From the NCBI RefSeq assembly GCF_055900595.2, contig NZ_CM148325.1: DNA of 64,000 bases. One strand, 5' to 3'. A model generated the notes under the pieces. The model was not told the origin of the DNA. It searched no databases and saw nothing but the letters and a program-made list of their open reading frames with translations. Both the position numbers and the translations under genes were made by a program. Shown here piece after piece: positions 43,251 to 54,383 of the stretch. Every line of letters starts with the position of its first letter. The first letter of the stretch is position 1.

Positions 43251-43745
43251 TAAAATGATACGCTCTCCGGCACTAAAATCCGTTACGTCCCCCGCCCAAT
43301 CGATGGGATATAACCCTTTCGCGACATCACGATGGAACGTTGAGAATGGCCAATCACTTACCTGCTTTACCCAGCCATGTTTTACTGGATTTATATAAAT
43401 ATAATCAACATGATGGCGATAATCTTTGGTGTTGCGGATGGCATGCTCCCAAAAACGCGGTTGCCAGATATTTTTCAATCCGCAAACATGGGTGAATTGC
43501 TTTTTAATCTCCCGCCAGCGCGAGGAAAAATCATCATCGCTTTCGGGTAATGTCCAGATACAGTGCATATGCTCCGGCAAAACGACCCAGGCGTTAATTT
43601 CAAAAGGCCTGTCTCGCTTAACGTTAATAATGGCGTTACGGAGCATCTGTAACTGAGCGGTCAAAAGTTGGCTTCGACGATTCCGTAAATTTACCGTGAA
43701 AAACCATGTTCCCCCCTTTATATAAAAACGACGATATTCAGACAT
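43248..43745 (-). CDS. rayT: REP-associated tyrosine transposase
   Basis: 165 aa MSEYRRFYIKGGTWFFTVNLRNRRSQLL...; flanked by REP clusters. Confidence 0.9.
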
Positions 43746-43834
43746 AGCGACTCCTTTTTCTCAACGGTAAGAAGAAAAGGAAAAGTCGACAATGCGGGTG
43801 TGTTATATCGGGAAAGCGGCTCGCAAAATATTCG

Positions 43835-43926
43835 CAGACTCGTAGGCATGATAAGACGCGCCAGCGTCGCATCAGGCATCGGCGCATAACCGCCGGATGC
43901 GGCGTACACGCCTTATCCGCCCTACA
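43835..43926. repeat. REP cluster flanking rayT
   Basis: GTAGGCATGATAAGACGCGCCAGCGTCGCATCAGGC and CCGGATGCGGCGTACACGCCTTATCC units. Confidence 0.8.
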
Positions 43927-44680
43927 AAATCGTCTCTTCTGTCAAAATCCTGCGCGCGCCCAAAAAGTGATCCTGCCAGAAAGGTTCAGCTAACCGACTT
44001 ACCCGAATGGTTTCCCCGGTGCGCGGCGACTCGATAAACTGACCGTCTCCCAGATACACGCCCATATGGTCGGCAATCTCGCGGCTGTGAATATGGAAAA
44101 ACAGCAAATCTCCCCGGCGCAGGTCGTTATTTGCCACAATGGTTGCCCGACGGTAGTGATACATCTCATTGGCCGTGCGCGGGAGTTTCGCCTCGAGGAT
44201 CTTGTTGTAGGCATAAAAAACCAACCCGCTACAGTCGAAGCCTTGATCGGGTCGCGTGCCACCCCAGACGTATGGCTTGCCAAGCTGCTGCTCCAGACGG
44301 TGAATCGCCACTTCGGTGATATTATGCAGGTGGTTACTGCTGAGGAAATGATTGTTTTCCGCCAGCGCCTGCCAGCGTCTGTCACTCGCCTTGAGCGGCG
44401 CAGGAAACCATTCTGGATGCTGTTTTATCTGTTCGCGGTTGTGTTGCCGCAGTGCCCTTCTGCTTTCAGCATTGCCTTCCACAATATAGCTGGCCTGCTT
44501 TTTCAGATGAATTTGGTACTGTTTTAATAAACGCGCACGGTTTTGCATCCGCTGGCGGGCGGCGTAGCTGAAAGAGATATGTGATGTGGTGGCGCTGGCG
44601 AGTAAAGGGAGCAAAACGCATAACGAAAACACGCCTGGATGCAGAAATCTGCCGAGCAAGAACGAAGACATGAAGGACAT
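43922..44680 (-). CDS. yafL: NlpC/P60-family peptidase YafL
   Basis: Signal peptide plus Cys-containing DCSGLVFYAYNKIL motif. Confidence 0.85.
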   Translation of the reverse strand: MSFMSSFLLGRFLHPGVFSLCVLLPLLASATTSHISFSYAARQRMQNRARLLKQYQIHLKKQASYIVEGNAESRRALRQHNREQIKQHPEWFPAPLKASDRRWQALAENNHFLSSNHLHNITEVAIHRLEQQLGKPYVWGGTRPDQGFDCSGLVFYAYNKILEAKLPRTANEMYHYRRATIVANNDLRRGDLLFFHIHSREIADHMGVYLGDGQFIESPRTGETIRVSRLAEPFWQDHFLGARRILTEETIL

Positions 44681-44971
44681 AAACCGGCTGAATGAAGGTG
44701 AGAATTTTAAAAGACCGGAGGAGTAAACGGGATTATTAATTGCTTATTTGCATATTACTATTGAGGTTTCATAATCTTAGGAAATAAATGATACATGCGC
44801 TTTTCGGACTAATGAAAACTGCCCTTGTGCTAAATTTGTAAACCCTGCGCCGACAGGCTTGCGTAAAACTCTTTTGGTGATAATGTGAGCCTTCCAAATC
44901 CAGACTATTCCGATTTGGGATCCATTTTGCCGTCCTGGCGTGTGTAACCGTTTTATCAAGGAATAAGCAGT

Positions 44972-45712
44972 ATGCGTAAAATCGCATTAATTCTTGCGAT
45001 GTTGTTGATCCCGTGCGTTTCGTTTGCCGGTTTGCTGGGCAGCAGTAGCTCGACCACGCCAGTGAGCAAAGAGTATAAGCAGCAGTTGATGGGATCCCCT
45101 GTCTACATCCAGATCTTCAAGGAAGAACGTACGCTCGATCTCTACGTCAAAATGGGCGAGCAATATCAACTGCTCGACAGCTATAAAATCTGTAAATATT
45201 CCGGCGGCTTAGGGCCAAAACAGCGTCAGGGCGATTTCAAAAGCCCGGAAGGGTTTTATAGCGTCCAGCGTAATCAGTTAAAACCAGACAGCCGTTACTA
45301 CAAAGCGATTAATATTGGATTCCCCAATGCCTATGACCGTGCGCATGGTTATGAAGGGAAATACCTGATGATCCACGGCGATTGTGTTTCCATCGGCTGC
45401 TACGCGATGACCAATCAAGGTATTGATGAGATCTTCCAGTTCGTTACCGGCGCGCTGGTGTTTGGTCAGCCGAGTGTGCAGGTAAGTATTTATCCGTTCC
45501 GCATGACCGACGCCAACATGCAGCGCCATAAATATTCCAACTTTAAGGACTTCTGGGAGCAACTGAAGCCGGGCTACGACTACTTTGAACAGACCCGTAA
45601 GCCACCGACCGTTTCTGTGGTCAATGGCCGTTACGTCGTCAGCAAACCGTTGAGCCATGAAGTGGTGCAGCCACAGCTGGCATCAAACTACACGCTCCCC
45701 GAGGCAAAATAA
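44972..45712 (+). CDS. yafK: L,D-transpeptidase-family protein YafK
   Basis: 246 aa [20 protein letters not shown]...; [14 protein letters not shown] catalytic region. Confidence 0.9.
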   Translation: MRKIALILAMLLIPCVSFAGLLGSSSSTTPVSKEYKQQLMGSPVYIQIFKEERTLDLYVKMGEQYQLLDSYKICKYSGGLGPKQRQGDFKSPEGFYSVQRNQLKPDSRYYKAINIGFPNAYDRAHGYEGKYLMIHGDCVSIGCYAMTNQGIDEIFQFVTGALVFGQPSVQVSIYPFRMTDANMQRHKYSNFKDFWEQLKPGYDYFEQTRKPPTVSVVNGRYVVSKPLSHEVVQPQLASNYTLPEAK

Positions 45713-46450
45713 GCGCCATTCGCCTGGCATAATCTTTTGCCAGGTTTCATTGCCCGTCAGCGGCTGTGTCGCAATCACCGTGACCACATCATTCGGTGTG
45801 GTCTGCGAGCTGAAGTCGATTTCCACATCCTGATCCAGCAACGTTGCCACGCCAAACGGCGCGCGGCGGGTGATCCAGTGCAGATTGGTCGAGCAATACG
45901 CCATTACATAGCGTCCGTCCGAAAGTAGCATGTTGAAAACGCCCTTCTGCCGCAGTTCATCCGCCAGTGAGGCGATATATTTAAACACTGCCGCCATGTT
46001 GCCCGGTGTGCGCGGGTAACGCTGCGTTAATTTATTCAGGAGCCAGCAGAAGGCTTTTTCGCTGTCGGTTTCGCCTACCGGGCGGAAGTTGCCAGTTTCC
46101 AGTGATTTGTAGCCCGTCAGTTGTCCGTTATGGGCATAAGTCCAGTTACGCCCCCATAACTCGCGGGTAAACGGATGAGTATTTTCCAGTGCCACCTCGC
46201 CCCGATTCGCCTGGCGAATATGAGCAATTACCGAGCAGGATTTGATTGGATAGTCCTGGACCAGTTTGGCGATAGGGGAATTAAAGCTGGGTTGCGGATC
46301 TTTAAATGTGCGACAGCCTTTACCTTCGTAAAAGGTAATGCCCCAGCCATCTTTATGTGGCCCGGTTCCACCACCACGCTGCACCAGACCGGTGAAACTA
46401 AAGCAGATATCGGTAGGGACGTTAGCGCTCATCCCGAGCAATTCGCACAT
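45683..46450 (-). CDS. yafJ: Class II glutamine amidotransferase YafJ
   Basis: Start set at MCELLGM (N-terminal Cys nucleophile), GGAGG RBS. Confidence 0.9.
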   Translation of the reverse strand: MCELLGMSANVPTDICFSFTGLVQRGGGTGPHKDGWGITFYEGKGCRTFKDPQPSFNSPIAKLVQDYPIKSCSVIAHIRQANRGEVALENTHPFTRELWGRNWTYAHNGQLTGYKSLETGNFRPVGETDSEKAFCWLLNKLTQRYPRTPGNMAAVFKYIASLADELRQKGVFNMLLSDGRYVMAYCSTNLHWITRRAPFGVATLLDQDVEIDFSSQTTPNDVVTVIATQPLTGNETWQKIMPGEWRLFCLGERVV

Positions 46451-46510
46451 GGGTAACCTCCACAACAGCGAGGGCGCATGGCCCCCGGCGAAGATTGATT
46501 TAAGAATTTT

Positions 46511-46655
46511 CAGGTCGGATGCGGCGTGAACGCATTATTCGGCCTACGGTTCGGGTACAGATTTGTAGGCATGATAAGACGCATCAGCGTCGCATCAGGC
46601 ATCAGCGCACAAGTGCCGGATGCGGCGTAAACGCCTTATCCAGCCTACGCCAGAC
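46511..46655. repeat. REP cluster
   Basis: GGATGCGGCGTGAACGC and GCCGGATGCGGCGTAAACGCCTTATCC units. Confidence 0.8.
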
Positions 46656-47234
46656 TTACTTAACCATCTCTTTTTCAATTAACTGGATCAGGATATGGAT
46701 CACTTTAATGTGAATCTCCTGAATGCGGTCGGCATAACCAAAGTGTGGAACGCGAATTTCGATATCCGCCGTGCCAGCCATTTTGCCGCCGTCTTTACCG
46801 GTCAGGGTGATCACTTTCATCCCCTTCTCACGCGCCGCTGCGATCGCTTTGATCACGTTCGCAGAGTTACCGGAAGTGGAGATCCCCAGCAGTACATCGC
46901 CTTCGCGACCTACCGCTTCAACGTAACGGGAGAAAATATCGTTGAAACCAAAATCGTTACCGACGCAGGAAATATGACTAACGTCAGAAATGGCAATCGC
47001 CGGATAGCCCGGACGGTTTTCACGGTAGCGCCCCGTCAACTCTTCGGCAAAGTGCATGGCGTCGCAATGGGAACCGCCGTTGCCGCAGGAAAGCACTTTG
47101 CCACCGGCTTTAAAGCTGTCTGCTAACAGGACCGCCGCGCGCTGAATGGCGTGAATATTGGCGTCATCTTTTAAAAAGTTAGCCAGCGTTTCCGCCGCTT
47201 CGTTCAGTTCGTTACGAATAAGATCCTGGTACAT
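46656..47234 (-). CDS. gmhA: Phosphoheptose isomerase
   Basis: Start set at [21 protein letters not shown] (192 aa), GAAGGA RBS. Confidence 0.95.
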
Positions 47235-47473
47235 GAGGATATCCTTCAGCATAAATGTAATAGACAAAATGCAGTGTACCGGATACCGCCAAAAGCGAGA
47301 AGTACGGGCAGGTGCGATGACCAGGACTTTTTGACCTGAAGTGCGGATAAAAACAGCAACAATGTGAGCTTTGTTGTAATTATATTGTAAACACATTGCT
47401 AAATATTTTTACATCCACTACAACCATATCATCACAAGTGGTCAGACCTCCTACAAGTAAGGGGCTTTTCGTT

Positions 47474-49918
47474 ATGATGATTTTGAGTATTCTCGCTACG
47501 GTTGTCCTGCTCGGCGCGTTGTTCTATCACCGCGTGAGCTTATTTATCAGCAGTCTGATTTTGCTCGCCTGGACAGCCGCCCTCGGCGTCGCTGGTCTGT
47601 GGTCGGCGTGGGTACTGGTGCCTCTGGCCATTATCCTCGTACCGTTTAACTTTGCGCCTATGCGTAAGTCGATGATTTCTGCGCCGGTATTTCGTGGATT
47701 CCGTAAGGTGATGCCACCGATGTCACGCACTGAAAAAGAAGCGATTGATGCAGGCACTACCTGGTGGGAAGGCGACTTGTTCCAGGGTAAGCCGGACTGG
47801 AAAAAGCTGCATAACTATCCGCAGCCGCGCCTGACCGCAGAAGAGCAAGCGTTTCTCGACGGCCCGGTAGAAGAAGCCTGCCGGATGGCGAATGATTTCC
47901 AGATTACTCATGAGCTGGCGGATCTGCCGCCGGAGTTGTGGGCGTACCTTAAAGAGCATCGTTTCTTCGCGATGATTATCAAAAAAGAGTACGGCGGGCT
48001 GGAGTTCTCGGCTTATGCCCAGTCTCGTGTGCTGCAAAAACTCTCCGGCGTGAGCGGGATCCTGGCGATTACCGTCGGCGTGCCGAACTCATTAGGCCCG
48101 GGCGAGCTGCTGCAACATTACGGCACTGATGAGCAGAAAGATCACTATCTGCCGCGTCTGGCGCGTGGTCAGGAAATCCCTTGCTTTGCACTGACCAGCC
48201 CGGAAGCGGGTTCCGATGCGGGCGCTATCCCGGATACCGGGATTGTCTGCATGGGCGAGTGGCAGGGCCAGCAGGTGCTGGGGATGCGACTGACCTGGAA
48301 CAAACGCTACATTACGCTCGCGCCAATTGCGACCGTGCTTGGGCTGGCGTTTAAACTTTCCGACCCGGAAAAACTGCTGGGTGGCGCAGAAGATTTAGGC
48401 ATTACCTGTGCACTTATCCCGACCACCACGCCAGGCGTGGAAATTGGTCGTCGCCACTTCCCGCTGAACGTACCGTTCCAGAACGGACCGACGCGAGGTA
48501 AAGATGTCTTCGTACCGATCGACTACATTATCGGCGGACCAAAAATGGCCGGGCAAGGCTGGCGGATGCTGGTGGAGTGTCTCTCCGTGGGCCGCGGCAT
48601 CACCCTACCTTCCAACTCAACCGGCGGCGTGAAATCGGTAGCACTGGCAACGGGCGCGTATGCGCACATTCGCCGTCAGTTCAAAATCTCTATCGGTAAG
48701 ATGGAAGGGATTGAAGAGCCGCTGGCGCGTATTGCCGGTAATGCCTACGTGATGGATGCTGCGGCATCGCTGATTACCTACGGAATTATGCTCGGTGAAA
48801 AACCTGCCGTGCTGTCGGCTATCGTTAAGTATCATTGTACCCACCGTGGGCAGCAGTCGATTATTGATGCGATGGATATCACCGGGGGTAAAGGCATTAT
48901 GCTCGGTCAGAGCAACTTCCTGGCACGAGCTTACCAGGGCGCACCGATTGCCATCACCGTTGAAGGGGCCAACATTCTGACCCGCAGCATGATGATCTTC
49001 GGTCAGGGAGCGATTCGTTGCCATCCGTACGTGCTGGAAGAGATGGAAGCGGCGAAGAACAATGACGTTAACGCGTTCGATAAACTGCTGTTCAAACATA
49101 TTGGCCACGTCGGCAGTAACAAAGTTCGCAGCTTCTGGCTGGGCCTGACGCGCGGTTTAACCAGCAGCACACCAACCGGCGATGCCACTAAACGTTATTA
49201 TCAGCACCTGAACCGCCTGAGTGCCAACCTCGCCCTGCTTTCTGATGTCTCGATGGCTGTGCTGGGCGGCAGCCTGAAACGTCGTGAGCGTATCTCGGCA
49301 CGTCTGGGGGATATTTTAAGCCAGCTTTACCTCGCCTCTGCCGTTCTGAAGCGTTATGACGACGAAGGCCGTAATGAAGCCGATCTGCCGCTGGTGCACT
49401 GGGGCGTACAGGATGCGCTGTATCAGGCTGAACAGGCGATGGATGATTTACTGCAAAACTTCCCGAACCGCGTGGTTGCCGGGCTGCTGAATGTGGTGAT
49501 CTTCCCGACCGGACGTCATTATCTGGCACCGTCTGACAAGCTGGATCATAAGGTGGCGAAGATTTTACAAGTGCCGAACGCCACCCGTTCACGTATTGGT
49601 CGCGGTCAGTACCTGACCCCGAGCGAGCATAACCCGGTTGGTTTACTGGAAGAGGCGCTGGTGGATGTGATTGCCGCCGACCCAATTCATCAGCGGATCT
49701 GTAAAGAGCTGGGTAAAAACCTGCCGTTTACCCGTCTGGATGAACTGGCGCATAACGCGCTGGCGAAGGGGCTGATTGATAAAGATGAAGCCGCTATTCT
49801 TGTGAAAGCTGAAGAGAGTCGTCTGCGCAGTATTAACGTTGATGACTTTGATCCGGAAGAGCTGGCGACGAAGCCGGTAAAGTTGCCGGAGAAAGTGCGG
49901 AAAGTTGAAGCCGCATAA
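47474..49918 (+). CDS. fadE: Acyl-CoA dehydrogenase FadE
   Basis: Start set at [21 protein letters not shown] (814 aa). Confidence 0.95.
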   Translation: MMILSILATVVLLGALFYHRVSLFISSLILLAWTAALGVAGLWSAWVLVPLAIILVPFNFAPMRKSMISAPVFRGFRKVMPPMSRTEKEAIDAGTTWWEGDLFQGKPDWKKLHNYPQPRLTAEEQAFLDGPVEEACRMANDFQITHELADLPPELWAYLKEHRFFAMIIKKEYGGLEFSAYAQSRVLQKLSGVSGILAITVGVPNSLGPGELLQHYGTDEQKDHYLPRLARGQEIPCFALTSPEAGSDAGAIPDTGIVCMGEWQGQQVLGMRLTWNKRYITLAPIATVLGLAFKLSDPEKLLGGAEDLGITCALIPTTTPGVEIGRRHFPLNVPFQNGPTRGKDVFVPIDYIIGGPKMAGQGWRMLVECLSVGRGITLPSNSTGGVKSVALATGAYAHIRRQFKISIGKMEGIEEPLARIAGNAYVMDAAASLITYGIMLGEKPAVLSAIVKYHCTHRGQQSIIDAMDITGGKGIMLGQSNFLARAYQGAPIAITVEGANILTRSMMIFGQGAIRCHPYVLEEMEAAKNNDVNAFDKLLFKHIGHVGSNKVRSFWLGLTRGLTSSTPTGDATKRYYQHLNRLSANLALLSDVSMAVLGGSLKRRERISARLGDILSQLYLASAVLKRYDDEGRNEADLPLVHWGVQDALYQAEQAMDDLLQNFPNRVVAGLLNVVIFPTGRHYLAPSDKLDHKVAKILQVPNATRSRIGRGQYLTPSEHNPVGLLEEALVDVIAADPIHQRICKELGKNLPFTRLDELAHNALAKGLIDKDEAAILVKAEESRLRSINVDDFDPEELATKPVKLPEKVRKVEAA

Positions 49919-49960
49919 TTGAATAACGGAGCCGAAAGGCTCCGTTTCTTTATCCGCTAA

Positions 49961-50434
49961 TTATTTAAAATTAAAGCCATCCGGATGATTTTCCAGGCTG
50001 CCGGTCAACGCCGCGAATAGCACCGTTTTACCATCAATCGAAAGCGCATCATTCACATTCAACCAGGTGAGTTTCTCTTGCGAGGTTTTCTCATCAATGG
50101 TCGAGAACAGCCCCGTCATCTGATTAGATTTCTCGGACCACATCACAGCGATACGTTGCGAGCCACAGTCATGCGGTTTGCACGCGCTCATCACCTGATA
50201 CGTCTCATCTCCCAATGTCACGGTTTGTGCGGGGGTATAAGTACCGCCTTTCATCACCCAGGCAGGCAGCTTATGCCCTTGCACCATCTGACTAAACGCA
50301 GCTTTGGTGGTTTCGCCCTTTGCAAGGCTGCTAATGGTTAAATCATCCTGCGCCATTGCACTGGTGGCGATGACCAGTGCGGCGACTGTCGTTATTGCCT
50401 TAAACATCATTCCTCCCGAGCTTATCCTGCCCAT
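49961..50434 (-). CDS. ivy: Inhibitor of vertebrate lysozyme
   Basis: 157 aa with signal peptide and CKPHDCG motif. Confidence 0.9.
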   Translation of the reverse strand: MGRISSGGMMFKAITTVAALVIATSAMAQDDLTISSLAKGETTKAAFSQMVQGHKLPAWVMKGGTYTPAQTVTLGDETYQVMSACKPHDCGSQRIAVMWSEKSNQMTGLFSTIDEKTSQEKLTWLNVNDALSIDGKTVLFAALTGSLENHPDGFNFK

Positions 50435-50587
50435 GTTATTAACCTCCTAAAGCCTGGCGATAACACGATAATTTGCAAATCAGATATTTCCAATATCAGC
50501 ATTTGTTATCAATTTATTCTGCGCTAAGGCAACTGCCTGATAAGGTGTTAGAGTTATAAAACCCTTCGCATAAAGGAGTTGTACACC

Positions 50588-51343
50588 GTGCCTGGTTTGA
50601 AGATTACGCTTTTACAGCAACCACTGGTGTGGATGGATGGTCCTGCCAACCTGCGTCATTTTGATCGTCAACTGGAAGGTATTACCGGGCGCGATGTGAT
50701 CGTTCTACCGGAGATGTTTACCAGCGGCTTTGCCATGGAAGCGGCAGCTTCGTCGCTAGCACAAGATGACGTAGTGAACTGGATGACAGCTAAAGCGCAG
50801 CAGTGCAATGCGCTGATTGCAGGCAGTGTTGCATTACAAACGGAGTCTGGTTCGGTTAACCGCTTTTTGCTGGTTGAGCCGGGCGGCACGGTACATTTTT
50901 ATGATAAGCGTCATCTGTTCCGAATGGCAGATGAGCATCTGCATTATAAAGCGGGCAATGCGCGAGTGATTGTGGAATGGCGCGGCTGGCGTATTTTGCC
51001 GCTGGTGTGCTACGACTTACGTTTTCCGGTGTGGTCGCGCAATCTCAACGATTATGACCTCGCCCTGTACGTTGCCAACTGGCCTGCTCCGCGCTCTCTG
51101 CACTGGCAGGCATTGCTGACAGCCCGCGCGATTGAGAATCAGGCGTATGTAGCGGGATGTAATCGCGTCGGCAGCGATGGCAACGGCTGCCATTATCGCG
51201 GTGACAGCCGGGTGATTAATCCACAGGGCGAGATTATCGCTACTGCCGACGCGCATCAGGCAACGCGCATTGATGCGGAGCTGTCGATGGCGGTGTTACG
51301 GGAATATAGAGAAAAGTTTCCGGCATGGCAGGATGCGGATTAG
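50588..51343 (+). CDS. yafV: Omega-amidase/C-N hydrolase YafV
   Basis: GTG start 9 nt after AAGGAG; LPEMF (Glu) and [11 protein letters not shown] (Cys) nitrilase-superfamily motifs. Confidence 0.9.
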   Translation: MPGLKITLLQQPLVWMDGPANLRHFDRQLEGITGRDVIVLPEMFTSGFAMEAAASSLAQDDVVNWMTAKAQQCNALIAGSVALQTESGSVNRFLLVEPGGTVHFYDKRHLFRMADEHLHYKAGNARVIVEWRGWRILPLVCYDLRFPVWSRNLNDYDLALYVANWPAPRSLHWQALLTARAIENQAYVAGCNRVGSDGNGCHYRGDSRVINPQGEIIATADAHQATRIDAELSMAVLREYREKFPAWQDAD

Positions 51344-51389
51344 TTTAGGTTGTGGTGAGTGGGGGTTGTGTTTAGGGCCGGGGAGAGTT

Positions 51390-51784
51390 GGGGTATGACT
51401 ACGAAAGCCCGCTCTCCTGCGACCACTTTTATCATAGGAGTGTGGAAGTGCTTTTCCATCAATCGCGATGACGTCTTTGTCATCTGAAGAATGACATTCA
51501 CGCATCCGGTTAATAAAGCATTCGTGAAATTTTGCAGGACTGATACATGATACAACTCTGGCAATAGTATCGTGAACAGGAATACCATTTTCAAAATCAC
51601 CATATTGCTTCAAAAAATCGAGATGAGTTTCCCCGAAATCCTCTATATATTCCCAACCTTCTGCTCCAGAAATAACGGCACAAATAGTCAACAGTAGAAT
51701 ATCCGATAATTTATGTTCCACTTTCCAGGCTTGTCTGTAATCGGGGATAATAGAAATATGTTCCATCAATTTTTTAAGTTCCAT
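51390..51784 (-). pseudogene. H-repeat-associated (ISAs1-family) transposase, N-terminal fragment (yafF-like)
   Basis: [45 protein letters not shown]... then frame degenerates after about 130 aa. Confidence 0.7.
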
Positions 51785-52022
51785 TTTGTTCTCCTTAATT
51801 ATGTAAGGAGTATTTGATCATGTATAAGCAATAAAAAACAGCTTCAGGTAATGAGGAATATCTCAATTTTTAAACATAAAATGCGAATTGTTTAGTACAA
51901 AAAAGCAGCGTTACGTGATCTTTCCCTGCTAAGGCCGGTAAGGCTAACCTCGTCTGGTTCCGCCACCCGTGAGATTAGCCTCTCCGTTGGCGGTATTAAA
52001 ATCACTTAGTGGAGGTTGCCTT

Positions 52023-52487
52023 ATGGCTACAATCCTCCCCCCTGATTATGATTTACTGTCCATTCCTTTCAGTTCTGCCACCGATTTAACTGACCTGGCC
52101 GATCACTGCGATCGTTTCGCTGAAACTCTTATAGAGTGTCACGATCCGGCGCTGAAAATGGCGCTATATGGGCGTCTTCGCGCCTGTCTCGCCATTCTGC
52201 ATCCCACGCTGAACGAGCCGATTCCGTCCCATCTGGTGGACAGCCTGACGCTTGATGATTTGCCGACGTCGTTTCCGCGCTTTGAACCAGATGCAGAACA
52301 GTTGTGTCAGTATTGCCTGACGTTGCTCCAGCTTCTGACGGAACGGGCGCAGGGATCGGAAACACAACAATCCCTTACTGGATTACTGTGCGAACTGGTC
52401 TGGTTCTTTGCAGCAAAACTGAAAGCACCACGCTGGCTGCATACTGCTGATGGCGTGGTCTTTATCGAAGATCTGATCGAACCATAA
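52023..52487 (+). CDS. Hypothetical acidic protein (paralog of 5296-5766)
   Basis: MATILPPDYDLLSIPFSSATDLTDLADHCDRFAETLIE... with GGAGG RBS and conserved leader. Confidence 0.6.
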   Translation: MATILPPDYDLLSIPFSSATDLTDLADHCDRFAETLIECHDPALKMALYGRLRACLAILHPTLNEPIPSHLVDSLTLDDLPTSFPRFEPDAEQLCQYCLTLLQLLTERAQGSETQQSLTGLLCELVWFFAAKLKAPRWLHTADGVVFIEDLIEP

Positions 52488-52653
52488 GATGGATATCCCC
52501 GGATTCTCGCCTGTAAGTGCAGGCAGAGATCCGGGAGAATACCCGCATACATTCAGCGCAAACATTCCTGCCAGACCATCCGCGCGCGGTTCCTCTGTCA
52601 GTCACAGTCCGCATCGTAGATAAACTGATGTTCCGTAGCTGATGTAATTAAAC

Positions 52654-53268
52654 TCATATATCCGTAAGTGATTTAAAATCAGCAACACGGGCAAATTCCT
52701 TTTTCGGTAGTACCAAAGACTCTAGTCGTGCTGATAGCAGTTCAACCATAAACTCTGCCCACCCTAAGTCAAATTCATCACAAAGAGGTCCACGACTTTC
52801 ATTTATAACTATTTTCCAATTACAATTTTTTTCTAATTTCCAGAATAAAACCTCTCCACTATCAGTTATACCAAACGGGAGAACACCATCTTCCGATGGA
52901 AAAAAATTGTATGGGAATTTTTCGCCATGAAGTTTGACCTCAGCAAGAGCCGAATTTATTTCCTTTGCTTGCTCGATTAAATTAATATATGGATTATCAA
53001 CAAACGGGCTAAAGATCCAAAGGAACCCATTTATTCGTCCTATCCCATATTCATCAATAAAGGATTTATAATCTTCTGGCAACAAAATACCTAGCCTAGA
53101 CTCTGCTTTCCGCCAGTCATTGACGCCATTATAATCGTCAATAAGGTTTTTATAATCATTAGACAATTGAATACCGAGTTCAGATTCTAACCGTCCCCAA
53201 TAAGTAGTTATTTTCTCATTAATAACTGCTGGTGGCGGAATTATTTTCTTTATCATATCAATAGACAT
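52654..53268 (-). CDS. SMI1/KNR4 (SUKH-1)-like orphan immunity protein
   Basis: Two LxxDYKxxIDxYxG-type repeats (LSNDYKNLIDDYNG, LPEDYKSFIDEYGIG); downstream of Rhs gene. Confidence 0.6.
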   Translation of the reverse strand: MSIDMIKKIIPPPAVINEKITTYWGRLESELGIQLSNDYKNLIDDYNGVNDWRKAESRLGILLPEDYKSFIDEYGIGRINGFLWIFSPFVDNPYINLIEQAKEINSALAEVKLHGEKFPYNFFPSEDGVLPFGITDSGEVLFWKLEKNCNWKIVINESRGPLCDEFDLGWAEFMVELLSARLESLVLPKKEFARVADFKSLTDI

Positions 53269-53313
53269 TGTCAGTTCCCTATTGGATTCAGTATAGAATC
53301 ATTAAGCACAGTT

Positions 53314-53511
53314 TCAATTTTCATAATCCAGAATTGGCTCATCTAATGCTTCTGAATAACGAAGAAGATTCTCTCGCAAATCTTCAAGGGATTCACCTCG
53401 CGGAGACACTGGTTTTTCACTATATCCACAAACCTTACCTGCTTCATTATAATATACCTCATAGATAGCAAGCTCCCCTTTAAATTGCATAACTCTATAA
53501 TTCCAAGTCAT
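53314..53511 (-). CDS. Small protein immediately downstream of Rhs C-terminal toxin domain, candidate cognate immunity
   Basis: 65-aa ORF starting 8 nt after the Rhs stop. Confidence 0.45.
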   Translation of the reverse strand: MTWNYRVMQFKGELAIYEVYYNEAGKVCGYSEKPVSPRGESLEDLRENLLRYSEALDEPILDYEN

Positions 53512-53519
53512 ATCTCCTC

Positions 53520-54383
53520 CTATTTTTTATGATAATCAACAATATCATGAATAATTATTTCATTTTCTGTTTCAGAATATAAAACTCTATCTCCCCCTCT
53601 TCCTTTACCACTTCCTGGTAAGTCGGCTGCTGATTTCCCTTTTAAATCACCATGTAAAGAATGCTGGTTTTTTCCTGACTCACCACGAGAAAGCATAATT
53701 TTAATAGCATCATAGGCTTCAGCTTGTTTTCCTTTGAGCGCATCCCCCTTCTTCGCCGCCAAATCCTCCTCTATGATGGTTTTCATTTGGGTAGGACATT
53801 TTTCACCTGCCAGCCCCCACGGGTCGCACCAACCCACCGGATTATGCACATAAGACTGCGTATCCAGCCCGCCGCTCAGTTTCAGCGGATCCTGGCTTAA
53901 ATACTGCCCCGTCCCGGCGTCGTAGTAGCGGTGTAAATTATACCACAGCCCGCTCTCCTCATCCTGCCACTGGCCCATGAAGCCCGCATCGCAGCTTTCA
54001 CGCTCACTGTCCGGCGAGTCGTTTGCAGCCAGCCCCCACAGGCTGCGGTGTTTCGTCCACACCTTCCGCCCGTTCGCGCAGTACATCTCCTGCGGCGCGC
54101 CGTCCGGGCCGGTCACTACCGGGTAAAAATAACTTCTGTCATCATTCGCCGCCCGGCTTTCCTTCGCCAGCAGTTCAAATCTGCCCCCGGTAGTGCCACT
54201 GCTCCCGTAGCGCCGGGCTGCCGTCTGCATAGCGTTTCTCACTTGTGGAAAGCGCCATCCCAAGCCACTGGTAGCGTACTTCGCTGATGGCGTGCGGGCT
54301 TCGTTTCCACGCTGCCCGGATAACGCAGCGTTTTGCCGTTCGTCTGCCAAAGGCGTCGTAGCTGTACTGCCACACTTCACCAT
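53520..54383 (-). CDS. Rhs C-terminal segment: end of core (PxxxxDPxGL) plus about 100-aa variable toxin domain; separated from core ORF by frameshift
   Basis: GLWYNLHRYYDAGTGQYLSQDPLKLSGGLDTQSYVHNPVGWCDPWGL then divergent C-terminus ending RVLYSETENEIIIHDIVDYHKK. Confidence 0.75.
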   Translation of the reverse strand: MVKCGSTATTPLADERQNAALSGQRGNEARTPSAKYATSGLGWRFPQVRNAMQTAARRYGSSGTTGGRFELLAKESRAANDDRSYFYPVVTGPDGAPQEMYCANGRKVWTKHRSLWGLAANDSPDSERESCDAGFMGQWQDEESGLWYNLHRYYDAGTGQYLSQDPLKLSGGLDTQSYVHNPVGWCDPWGLAGEKCPTQMKTIIEEDLAAKKGDALKGKQAEAYDAIKIMLSRGESGKNQHSLHGDLKGKSAADLPGSGKGRGGDRVLYSETENEIIIHDIVDYHKK

